From Octopus sinensis (lineage: Eukaryota), in the NCBI RefSeq assembly GCF_006345805.1, contig NW_021826871.1, forward strand, positions 1-11,868: DNA of 11,868 bases. The letters run 5' to 3'. The position numbers were made by a program, and so were the translations under genes. The notes beneath the pieces were generated by a model that saw only the letters and a program-made list of their open reading frames with translations, did no database searches and had not been told where the DNA came from. Positions 1 to 8,588 of this stretch are shown here, piece by piece; the first letter of the stretch is position 1, and each line of letters begins with the position of its first letter.

Positions 1-242
1 GTTCCACTCATCTGCTGTGGGTATTGTCCTTTATTTTTCTACTCCTCTTTTATTATTCTAAATATCCATGGTACCTGCCCTTGTCACCGTATTGATAAAC
101 CTCTACAATTCCCTGACATGTGCCCACAAAGTTTGTGTGTGTGCATAAATTCTCTTGGGACGTCATATATATATAAATATATGTATGTATGTATACATAC
201 ATCTAATATATATCTATATATATATATATATATATATGTGTG

Positions 243-281
<39 letters not shown>

Positions 282-285
282 GTGG

Positions 286-418
286 TGTGTGGAGGCGCAA
301 TGTCCCAGTAGTTAGGGCAGCGGACTCGCGGTTTCGATTCCCAGGCCGGGAGTTGTGAGTGTTTATTCAGCGATGTGTAGCAACATTTGATAGCCTGGTC
401 GGTCACGGTGACGGTGAT
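286..418 (+). mobile_element. tRNA-derived SINE, short or internally deleted copy
   Basis: A-box-like TGTCCCAGTAG at 301-311 and B-box GGTTTCGATTCC at 330-341. The head GTGTGGAGGCGCAATG...GGGCAGCGGACTCGCGG matches an abundant octopus SINE as I recall it. It joins directly to a putative tail (GATAGCCTGGTCGGTCACGGTG) and then (TA/TATG)n. Confidence 0.7.
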
Positions 419-561
419 ATATATGTATGTATGTATGTATATACATGTGTGAGTGCACGCGTGTGTTTAAGATGACTCAAATTATTAATATATGCGTTCG
501 TATATACATACATACACCTATACACATGCATATATATATATATATATATACATGCATATAC

Positions 562-592
<31 letters not shown>

Positions 593-864
593 TATATATA
601 TATAAATTCATGTCACAATATATGAATTCAAGTAGTATTTAGCAAAAGACTTTCCTTCACCCGAGGACGTAGCTTAAAATCGGCATTATTTCAAAAGATT
701 TTCCGCGTTTCATATTAATGCAGTTATGTGAGTGATTTATATATTATTAAATATAATGATAAAAATTATTTACAAGTTTTTTCATCTTGAAACAATTCGT
801 CGTGATATTTGAATTTTCTTATTGTTTAATAAAATTTCTTCAAATTCTGACTCCACCATTCATA

Positions 865-902
<38 letters not shown>

Positions 903-905
<3 letters not shown>

Positions 906-1228
906 GAGTAGTTGAATGAATTATTTTATTATGGATAATTCGGTTAACCGATACCTGGGTAGCAAATTCACGTCAACCATTTTTGACGTCACTGCCTATA
1001 ACGGAATATTTTAAAGAAACACTCATTATCGCTATGGGCTCCGTGTGGGCAGACATCTAAACATATTTGTGCATCTTGATGCTGACATAAGTTCCTTACT
1101 TTTCCTGATGAGAAGGCGGCATAAAGCAACCCTTATTCTTTCGAAATTAGGAATATGCAGCCTTCGAAACATATGTCGAAAATAAAATAAAGGAATTTTG
1201 TTAATTCGTCGTTCAACTCCATTCTTTC

Positions 1229-1231
<3 letters not shown>
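903..1231 (+). mobile_element. ~330-bp ORF-less unit carrying a hammerhead ribozyme (Penelope pseudo-LTR or retrozyme-like)
   Basis: Non-repetitive island bounded by (TA)n at 869-902 and 1232-1265. A complete HHR ends ~35 nt before the downstream (TA)n. Confidence 0.5.
1089..1198 (+). ncRNA. Type I hammerhead ribozyme, canonical core, GUC cleavage triplet
   Basis: Stem I: TTTTC 1100-1104 / GAAAA 1178-1182, plus distal helix AAGTTCCTT 1089-1097 / AAGGAATTT 1190-1198. Core CTGATGA 1105-1111. Stem II: GAAGGCGGCATA 1112-1123 / TATGCAGCCTTC 1154-1165 (11 of 12 pairs). GAAA 1166-1169. Stem III palindrome ACATATGT 1169-1176. C17 at 1177. Confidence 0.85.
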
Positions 1232-1267
<36 letters not shown>

Positions 1268-1490
1268 ATTGAAGAATGGTATGGAATAATCTGTTGGTTT
1301 GCAGATCAGTTTAGTTTAACAACCGTTTAACATTTGCCCACCAGGCACTGATCGAGGATGTAGATTGACCTTTTAACTTTTCCCCTGAAGAAGAACTGTG
1401 TCCAAAATTTTGCATTTTCCATTCCTCATTGCAGGTTCTCTTTATTATTTCATCGATTTTTTCTAGGTTGTTCCCACACACACGTATATA

Positions 1491-1780
1491 TATATATTAA
1501 GAGCATTACTATACATAAAAGCTTCACGCTAGGAGGGACTCTTTAAGTCAAAACTACCATAATAGCCATATTGCACCGAAGGTGAGGGATTGCAACTCTC
1601 GAAGCGAGCCTCCTAAAAACAGACGCAGCTGCATATCATATGATTTCGTAATTAGTGCACAAAATGCACTTTTTACTCGTCAGTGCAAGCATAGTCAAGA
1701 CATGAAAATAAACAAAAATCAACATACCAGACGAACGCCACATGTATCAAGCATAGTACATAGAAATCATTTACACTTAT
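1491..1780 (-). mobile_element. Inverted partial copy of the HHR-bearing unit at 2049-2438
   Basis: Aligns to the reverse complement of 2049-2333 at roughly 89-90% identity (about 30 differences in ~290 nt, counted by eye). On the minus strand it ends in (TA)n. Confidence 0.9.
1630..1687 (-). ncRNA. Type I hammerhead ribozyme, AUA cleavage triplet
   Basis: Minus strand reads TGCA-CTGACGA-GTAA AA AGTGCA TTTTG TGCACT AA TTAC-GAAA-TCATATGAT-A-TGCA. All core nucleotides and stems I-III are present. Confidence 0.8.
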
Positions 1781-1875
1781 ATATCAATGTAAGAGGCGAG
1801 CTTTTCGAATTGCATTTCGGCACGCGTGTTTATTCAGAATAAAATTCAGCACTGAATATATTCCGGTCAAATTTA

Positions 1876-2438
1876 CATTTTAAATATAGGATAAAATCTT
1901 TATAAGAATTTATCAAGTAGTTAGCGTGAAAACCTCGTAAGGGAAAATTTATTAATTTTTCCCTATAAATATATTTATATATATTAAGGGCTTTACTATT
2001 CATAAATGCCTCATGCTAGGAGGTACTCTTAAAGTCAAAAGTACCATAATAAGTGTAAATAATTTCTATGGACTATGCTGGATACATGTGGCGTTCGTCT
2101 GGTGTGTTGAATTTGTTTATTTTATATGTCTTGATATGCTTGCACTGACGAGTAAAAGTGCATTTTGTGCATTAATTACGAAATCATATGATATGCAGCT
2201 GACTCTGTTTTTAGGATGACCGCTTCGAGAGTTGCATTCCCTCGCGTTCGGTACAATGTGTTTATATGGTAGTTTTGACTTTAAGAGTCCCTCCTAGCGT
2301 GAGGCATTTATGTATAGTGATGCCCTTAATATAAATAAATATATTTAAAGGGAATAATTAATACATTTTTTCCTTATGAGATTTCACACGCTAACTACTT
2401 GATAATTCTTATAAAGATTTTACCCTATATTTAAATTG
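1876..2438. mobile_element. 563-bp element with ~173-bp terminal inverted repeats (MITE-like, or a Penelope pLTR with an inverted 5' tail)
   Basis: 1876-2048 is the diverged reverse complement of 2265-2438. Termini are CATTTTAAATATAGGATAAAATC and GATTTTACCCTATATTTAAATTG (21/23 match as inverted repeats). TA flanks both ends (1874-1875 and 2439-2440). Confidence 0.75.
2141..2197 (+). ncRNA. Type I hammerhead ribozyme, AUA cleavage triplet
   Basis: Stem I: TGCA 2141-2144 / TGCA 2194-2197. Core CTGACGA 2145-2151. Stem II: GTAA 2152-2155 / TTAC 2176-2179, then AGTGCA / TGCATT with a TTTTG loop. GAAA 2180-2183. Stem III palindrome ATCATATGAT 2183-2192. A17 at 2193. Confidence 0.8.
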
Positions 2439-2440
2439 TA

Positions 2441-2471
<31 letters not shown>

Positions 2472-2570
2472 TATATACATGCATAAATATATATGTATAT
2501 ATAAATATGTATATATACATATATGCATACACATGTATACACATACATACACACATGCATATTTAAATAC

Positions 2571-2602
<32 letters not shown>

Positions 2603-2700
2603 GTATATATATATATTCACATACACATATTTATGCGTATATATATATTTTCAAACCTAGATACATATACACATATCTGTGTGAGAGTGTGTGTGTAGAG
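2441..2700. repeat. Degenerate (TA)n/(CA)n microsatellite
   Basis: Directly visible dinucleotide repeats. Confidence 0.95.
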
Positions 2701-3133
2701 AGAGACATTATAGCAATATAAGACCAGGGTGAGGTGCTGGAGATCTGAAAATGAAAATAGTATATGTCGGTACCTTAAAAGATATGTTGAAATATATTGT
2801 ACGAAAGAATGACATTTATTGTTCGATTAGCTAATTATCAATTATGGTACTGTTACACTAAACTATCGATCAACTCTAAGAGCCAAGGGATACAGTACCA
2901 CTTCCCAAACTTATTCAAGCGTATTCCATTTATTCCCTAATAGTATTTCGGCAATCATGCACCAAATGTCTTCAAATTATCTGAGTCACCCGTTTTGAGA
3001 CATTTTAAAAGATTTGTTTTATGCTTTATGTTCTTTTCCCATGTCCTTCTAATGTAAGCATCTGGAGAAAAATGCTTTACATATAAGACCAAGTTATCTA
3101 TCCACCATACCCTTCCCACACACAAATGCACAT

Positions 3134-3154
3134 TGATACATACTATGTATGTGT

Positions 3155-3236
<82 letters not shown>

Positions 3237-3446
3237 TGTGTGTCTGTATTATATATATGTATATAATATGTATATATATATGTGTATATATATATGTATA
3301 TATATATATCTATGTGTATATATATATGTATATATATATATATGTTATATATATATATATATGTGTATATATATGTATATATATATATATATATGTGTTA
3401 TATATATAGTATCTATATATATGTATATATATATATATGGTATATA

Positions 3447-3512
<66 letters not shown>

Positions 3513-3676
3513 GAACTTAAGATTGTTGTTTAGTATGGCGGTGAAATCACACATATGTGGAATTCCAACATCAAATTCCATTCCAAAATATAATGGATTT
3601 GGTGTTTGTCCTATGAAAGTGCAGAGGCACATATATATGCACGTATCGGTATGTGTGTGTATACATATACATAAAC

Positions 3677-3716
<40 letters not shown>

Positions 3717-3767
3717 CATATATAAATATATATATATATTTATGTATATATGTATATATATATTTAT

Positions 3768-3812
<45 letters not shown>

Positions 3813-3830
3813 AGATAGATAGATAGATAG
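3134..3830. repeat. Compound microsatellite: (TA)n/(TG)n/(CA)n with a short unique insert (~3510-3630), ending in (GATA)n at ~3769-3830
   Basis: Directly visible. Accounts for the YIYIYI ORFs at 3133-3875. Confidence 0.95.
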
Positions 3831-4339
3831 TAGGGAGAGAATCGTGTTATCAAAAATATGGAACACAATACGCATAACAAAATTTAAAATAATTAATTAA
3901 AATATTATTAATTGAAAATTAATAATTCAAAATAACACAATCGATTACACCAGCCCATACAGAGCTTTTTCAAGTATTCTACAATTAAAACATGTATAAA
4001 ATATTATTTCATAACCATTTGCGTTCTGAAATTTTCTCAAGTGAAAACCATAATTGAGAGTAAGTTTGAGGGATTTTTTCGACGTTTTCAGTGATTATAT
4101 ATTTAGAACCAGTTTTTTAAAAATTTTATACAATTCATATTGCTAAGGCAAATGTATTATTATTACCTTGCAAATTGAGTTGCTACATATGTGTGAAACA
4201 CATATAAGTGAATACACTTAAGCACACATATATGTGTATATTGATGCATACATACAAGCATACACATACATATACTCTTTTGTATTGTTAGAGTCATTAG
4301 TACACCGCACAAAATGGTGTGATTCTTTTTTTCTGAAAT

Positions 4340-4672
4340 TTTGCATTTTCCTCAGAAGCGTGGAGCTGAAATGAGTATTGCAGCCTTCGGCACATGGCGT
4401 TTCGGTGTGAGTTCTGCTCTTTAGTGAAACACAGTATCTGATAGATTGCTGATGTGTTTTCACGCTTGACTTGGTAAATTTTTCACATTTAAAGAATTTA
4501 TGCGCCTAAGATTTAATGGACAAGCTTGTCCTACCTTGATTTTGTTTTCCTCTTCTTTAAATTACACCGCTGACTCAGAAGTAGGCATAGGGTCCCCGGT
4601 TCTTTCACTACTGGAGGTGGTTACCACAATTACAGCCCGTGCTGTGAACTTGGATCCTAGTAGCTTATCCAT
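4340..4672 (-). mobile_element. Possible very decayed RTE-type LINE RT fragment
   Basis: Minus-strand translation across stops and frameshifts gives MDKLLGSKF...SSERTG...V*...NKIKVGQAC...KHISNL / HQQSIRY...STLLRKMQ. This is loosely colinear with RTE post-RT motifs (DKFxYLGS, SSRIG, VW, TKIKVYQAC, RHIKKL, HQRCLR). Weak and judged by eye. Confidence 0.25.
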
Positions 4673-4746
4673 TGGAGCATTGACACTTTATACCTATTTG
4701 TTTAGATCACCAGTGACTTAAACTCTTCCTATTCTCTCTCCTGTAT

Positions 4747-4805
<59 letters not shown>

Positions 4806-4850
4806 GTGTGTGTGTGTGTGTAATGTATGAATGTTTGTATGTATATACAT

Positions 4851-5081
4851 GGCGGTGAGCTGGCAGAAACGTTAGCACGCCGTACGAAATGCGTAGCCGT
4901 ATTTCGTCTGCCGTTACGTTCTGAGCTCAAATTCCGCCGAGGTCGACTTTGCCTTTCATCCTTTCGGGGTCGATAAATAAAGTACCAGATACGCACTGAT
5001 GTCGATGTAATCGACTTAATCCCTTTGTCTGTCCTTGTTTGTCTCCTCTATGCTTAGCCCCTTGTGGGCAGTAAAGAAATA
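4851..5081 (+). mobile_element. Near full-length tRNA-derived SINE (abundant octopus family)
   Basis: Head GGCGGTGAGCTGGCAGAAACGTTAGCACGCC. B-box-like GAGCTCAAATTCC at 4923-4935. Body GAGGTCGACTTTGCCTTTCATCCTTTCGGGGTCGATAAA, whose antisense reads PERMKGKVDLGGI in the ORF track. Ends CCCCTTGTGGGCAGTAAAGAAATA. Flanked by microsatellites. Confidence 0.9.
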
Positions 5082-5086
5082 TATAT

Positions 5087-5129
<43 letters not shown>

Positions 5130-5204
5130 ATTTTATCTATTGGTGCAAAATTTATATATACGTTTGTACGCAAACTTTTCGCTTCCACCTTTAAGATAGA
5201 TTAA

Positions 5205-5310
5205 ACCAAGTCTTGTACTTAATTTATCGATCACGTTGCATGTTTTATTGGATATGTTGGAATGAATTTTAGAGAAATCCGGACCAGTGTTTGAACTCAG
5301 ATCGCAAAAT
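5205..5310 (-). mobile_element. Old, diverged SINE related to 4851-5081, in inverted orientation
   Basis: Reverse complement of 5215-5230 (TCGATAAATTAAGTAC) matches 4970-4985 at 15/16. Reverse complement of 5291-5301 (TCTGAGTTCAA) matches 4920-4930 at 10/11. The two motifs are in the same order. Confidence 0.45.
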
Positions 5311-5655
5311 TCCTACCACATATTAGAAGCTGTTTATCCCTACTTTCAAGCGCAGCTCCTGAATACCCGTTATACCAGAGAAAACATAGAATCATACATG
5401 AATATATATGCAAATGTGCAAAATTACTAAATACAAAATCATAGAAAGATACGTTCACACGCATATATTTAGATACGTTTATTTACAGACGCCCATACAC
5501 ATATGAGTATATGAGTATGCGTGTATTTATTTAAATGTGTGTGTATATACATTGTTGTGTGTGTATGTATAAATACATTCAATAGTATATCTTTATATAT
5601 ACATATATATATATATGTACGTATATATGCACATATATATATATGTGTGTGTGTG

Positions 5656-5687
<32 letters not shown>

Positions 5688-6294
5688 CAAACACATATAT
5701 GTGTATATACACATACATGTATAAATGTATATACAACTACGCCCAATTTTGAGCTTGTTACATCGCTAAATATAATGAAACATTTTTAAGAAAAGGCTGA
5801 AAATTGTTAGCAAAATACGGGATAAAAAAATACATATATTAGCTGGAATCAAAACAGAAACAGACCAAACAATTCCTCATCCATTTTTGCTTCCCAACGA
5901 CCGAAGTTAAACCACCGAAATTCTTTGAATGTGTCTTGGAGTCCGCCTTATATACTGGTTACAGAAATAAATAGAATTATTGCTGAATAAACGTATTGAA
6001 AAAGTTTTCACGGAAATATTCAAAATATTATAATGATGTTGTTTTATATCCGCACCAAACAGCTGCACAGTGGCTGCAAAATTTTGCGCAGGAACAAAAA
6101 TATAAAATAAATTAAAAATTATGAACAAAAAGCACCCGGAAAGAGTGATATCGTTAAAGCGAAGACTAAGAAGAAAGCAAAATTATATAAAATACCAGAA
6201 AGGAGAAAAAAATATATGAGGAAATAAATATTATAAAGAAACAATAAAGAAATTATAATAAGCAATGATGATGCGATGTGACTGCGATTGTGGC

Positions 6295-6314
6295 GGGGAT
6301 GGGTAGGGTGGGGG
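6295..6314 (+). other. Canonical G-quadruplex motif
   Basis: GGGG-AT-GGG-TA-GGG-T-GGGGG: four G-runs with 1-2 nt loops. Confidence 0.6.
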
Positions 6315-6889
6315 TTCGAATACACCCCGAAGTCATTGCTTGTAGTGTTTGATTGTTAAACACGTAAATACGAGTACAATATGATTTATAATTACCCTTG
6401 TATAAAATAGCATAACTGAAAGTACATCTGTTTTCACACCGTTATACAATATGTCGTTGATGAATGAATTCAGCATCCACGTTTCTTGTGTTTGTCTGTC
6501 TGTTTGTCGTTCGTTTGTTTTTCCATATTTCTTCAGTTTTCTTAATATTTGCTTTCATTTTTTCTTTTGTTTCACTGAGTTTCCCAATATTTGTTTGTAT
6601 ATATCTATAACTTTTAATTTTCATCTCGCGATATTTTTAATTTGGTATGTTTCTATATATATATATATATTTACATATTTACATATTTATTTTCTCTCTC
6701 TTTCTACGTGTGGGTTTTTTTTATTGTTGCTGTTGATTTGTTTTTACTTATTAATTTTTTTTTCGTTTTGCATACTTGTTTATATGTTATCATAAGTGTA
6801 TGTAGTTTGTTTACATCAGCCCCTCTCGCTTATCCAGTCAGCACCTAGCTCTTTTCTCTTGGGAGGTGAAAATGTGCTTCTCTTATAAA

Positions 6890-7029
6890 ATTAAGTTATG
6901 TACACACATAAAAGACTTGCTTGTATATACATGCATACATACATATATATATATATATACATGTATTTGTGGATGTGCGTGTGTGTGAGTGTATATCCAC
7001 ACATATATGTATGTATGCATATATATATT

Positions 7030-7077
<48 letters not shown>

Positions 7078-7398
7078 CATATCTACATATGTGTATGTGT
7101 GTACACACTTAATCATATGTATATATAAAACTAAGGAATGTTTAAGCAGTAATCTATCTTTGGTAATTATAAATATGTTTCATATGAAGGAGATGTTTAT
7201 ACATTCAGACATTTACACATGCCCACACACATTTACACACACACATACAAACATACGTACATCAATAAAAAACATACTTCGCAGCTTGCATACTTGCATA
7301 TATATGCAGACACAGATATAATAAACATACACACCTACATCTATCTATAGATACACACACATATATATACGTAAGTATGTACACAAACACACACATGC

Positions 7399-7429
<31 letters not shown>

Positions 7430-7435
7430 TGTATG

Positions 7436-7479
<44 letters not shown>

Positions 7480-7515
7480 TGTGCGCATGCATACATACAT
7501 TCATTCATACACATG
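6890..7515. repeat. Compound (TA)n/(TG)n/(CA)n/(TATG)n microsatellite region
   Basis: Directly visible, interrupted by short unique sequence. Confidence 0.9.
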
Positions 7516-7886
7516 TGCTGTACATATTTGATCTGTGAATTTTATCTTATTAAAGAATTTTTATCGTCAAAGAGAATTTTTTACCATTTTAATTCCCAAA
7601 GAAATTGCCAACTGGTGACAATATCTGTCTAATAACATAAGTGGCACCACCTTTTCTGACACTTAGGAACATTTTCTCTTAGCACCAGTGGAACCTGATC
7701 CATCCAAAACATATGGCACCACATGAGACTGAACACTTGGATGTCAATTATCTTTCTTCTGTTCCTTATTAAACTTAGCTTTTATTCACATTCCCTCCCA
7801 CCCATCTCTTAAATTCCCTATTTCTTACTTGTGCACATATAAACATATGTGCATAGTTATAAAGGCACGAGTGGGAGAGGAAATAT

Positions 7887-7975
7887 GGCGGTGTTTTTGG
7901 TAATTTTGCAACGAAGAGCGTGTAATATCAGCGGTTTCGATTCCGTTAAGTGTAACTTTGAGCAAGTGTGTTCTC
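7887..7975 (+). mobile_element. Degenerate tRNA-derived SINE head
   Basis: GCGGTTTCGATTCC at 7931-7944 is identical to the B-box region of the SINE at 328-341. It is followed by TTGAGCAAGTGTGTTCT, which resembles the post-tRNA segment of mollusc SINEs as I recall them. Confidence 0.35.
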
Positions 7976-7983
7976 CATTCATG

Positions 7984-8302
7984 TATACCTTTGGGTGGTC
8001 CACTATGGGTCACACTAGCGAGATAATTGGGTCGGAAGTTTTAAAAACACTTGGAAGGGCTGGTGCAATTGTGGTCTCACCGGACAAGGAAGCTTCGGAC
8101 AACTGATAGCTGGGCAAAAGGACAAAGCTCTGGGTCTTGAGATCTCTGGCCCTTTAATCTTGGTCTATTGTTACGAGACTTGGACAGTGTCCTTGGCTCT
8201 TAGCAGCCGCCTATACGCAGTTGGTACCAGGACGCTTCACAGGATTATGGTTACCATTAATCGGAGTTCTTATACAACCAGCCACTAACTCAGAAAGTGG
8301 AA
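7984..8302 (+). mobile_element. Decayed RTE-clade LINE fragment (RT C-terminal region)
   Basis: Translation across stops and frameshifts gives EVLKTLGRAGAIVVSPDK...**LGKRTKLWVLRSLAL / ILVYCYETWTVSLALSSRLYAVGTRTLHRIM / (G)YH*SEFLYNQ. This matches the RTE pattern EVxRRIGRA..SLDK..RTKLRVFRxLVLPVLLYGxETWTL..RLDAFGTRxLRRIMGYRWSDFVSNQ. Confidence 0.85.
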
Positions 8303-8414
8303 TAATCTCTACCTGTTTTTTGGTTACGAAATAAGCTACACAAAACGTGTTTTGAATTATGTGTATTTACTTTCTATACATATATGACTTGAAAATTTTC
8401 TTTTAACATTACAC

Positions 8415-8455
8415 TTACCGTCTATGTTCCATGATGGCATGGGCTGGAGAGTTGT
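8415..8455 (-). mobile_element. Diverged 3' tail of an RTE-type LINE/SINE
   Basis: Minus strand CTCTCCAGCCCATGCCATCATGGAACATAGACGGTAA resembles the recalled octopus tail CCGTCCAACCCATGCCAGCATGGAAAACGGACGTTAA. Confidence 0.4.
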
Positions 8456-8588
8456 TAATGTAGAAAGTTGGTATCTCAGCTACTAGCAGTTGAGACCTGC
8501 GTAATCTAGAGGGCGTTTTGAAATTTTATTATTGTCTGGAACCTGGACAACGCCAGGTATTTATATACATACATACATATATATATAT

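Noticed and set aside
53-133. Minus-strand peptide NFVGTCQGIVEVYQYGDKGRYHGYLE*, resembling the SRCR start motif CxGRVEV
   Set aside because: The WGTVCDD continuation is absent, a stop follows shortly, and there is no convincing acceptor.
612-868. TA-flanked island with CCGAGGA (HHR-core-like) and an end motif AATTCGTCGT shared with 1203-1212
   Set aside because: No GAAA in register and no stems I-III can be built. At most a fully decayed relative.
1385-1412. CTGAAGA-A-GAAC-TGT-GTCC-AAAA, a hammerhead-like string
   Set aside because: G12 is missing, stem II is mismatched, and there is no partner for stem I.
1311-1475. Minus-strand 54-codon open frame GNNLEKIDEIIKRTCNEEWKMQNFGHSSSSGEKLKGQSTSSISAWWANVKRLLN*
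   Set aside because: No usable splice acceptor (it starts in a microsatellite) and no recognisable homology.
1405-4351. Shared 16-mer AAATTTTGCATTTTCC near 1405 and 4336
   Set aside because: One such match is plausible by chance in 12 kb of AT-rich sequence, and there is no flanking similarity.
4325-4430. Minus-strand CTGAGGA...CAGAAA and CTAAAGA...GAAACG hammerhead-like strings
   Set aside because: Stem II is out of register, stem III and stem I cannot form, and there is no valid NUH triplet.
5907-6128. 73-aa minus-strand ORF with an internal TTTTGCAG acceptor
   Set aside because: AT-biased composition, no homology recognised, and no supporting exon structure.
8413-8497. Minus-strand exon-like segment (SQLLVAEIPTFYINNSPAHAIMEHR) ending at a GTAAGT donor
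   Set aside because: The donor and the 3' half coincide with a diverged retroelement tail, so this is probably coincidental.
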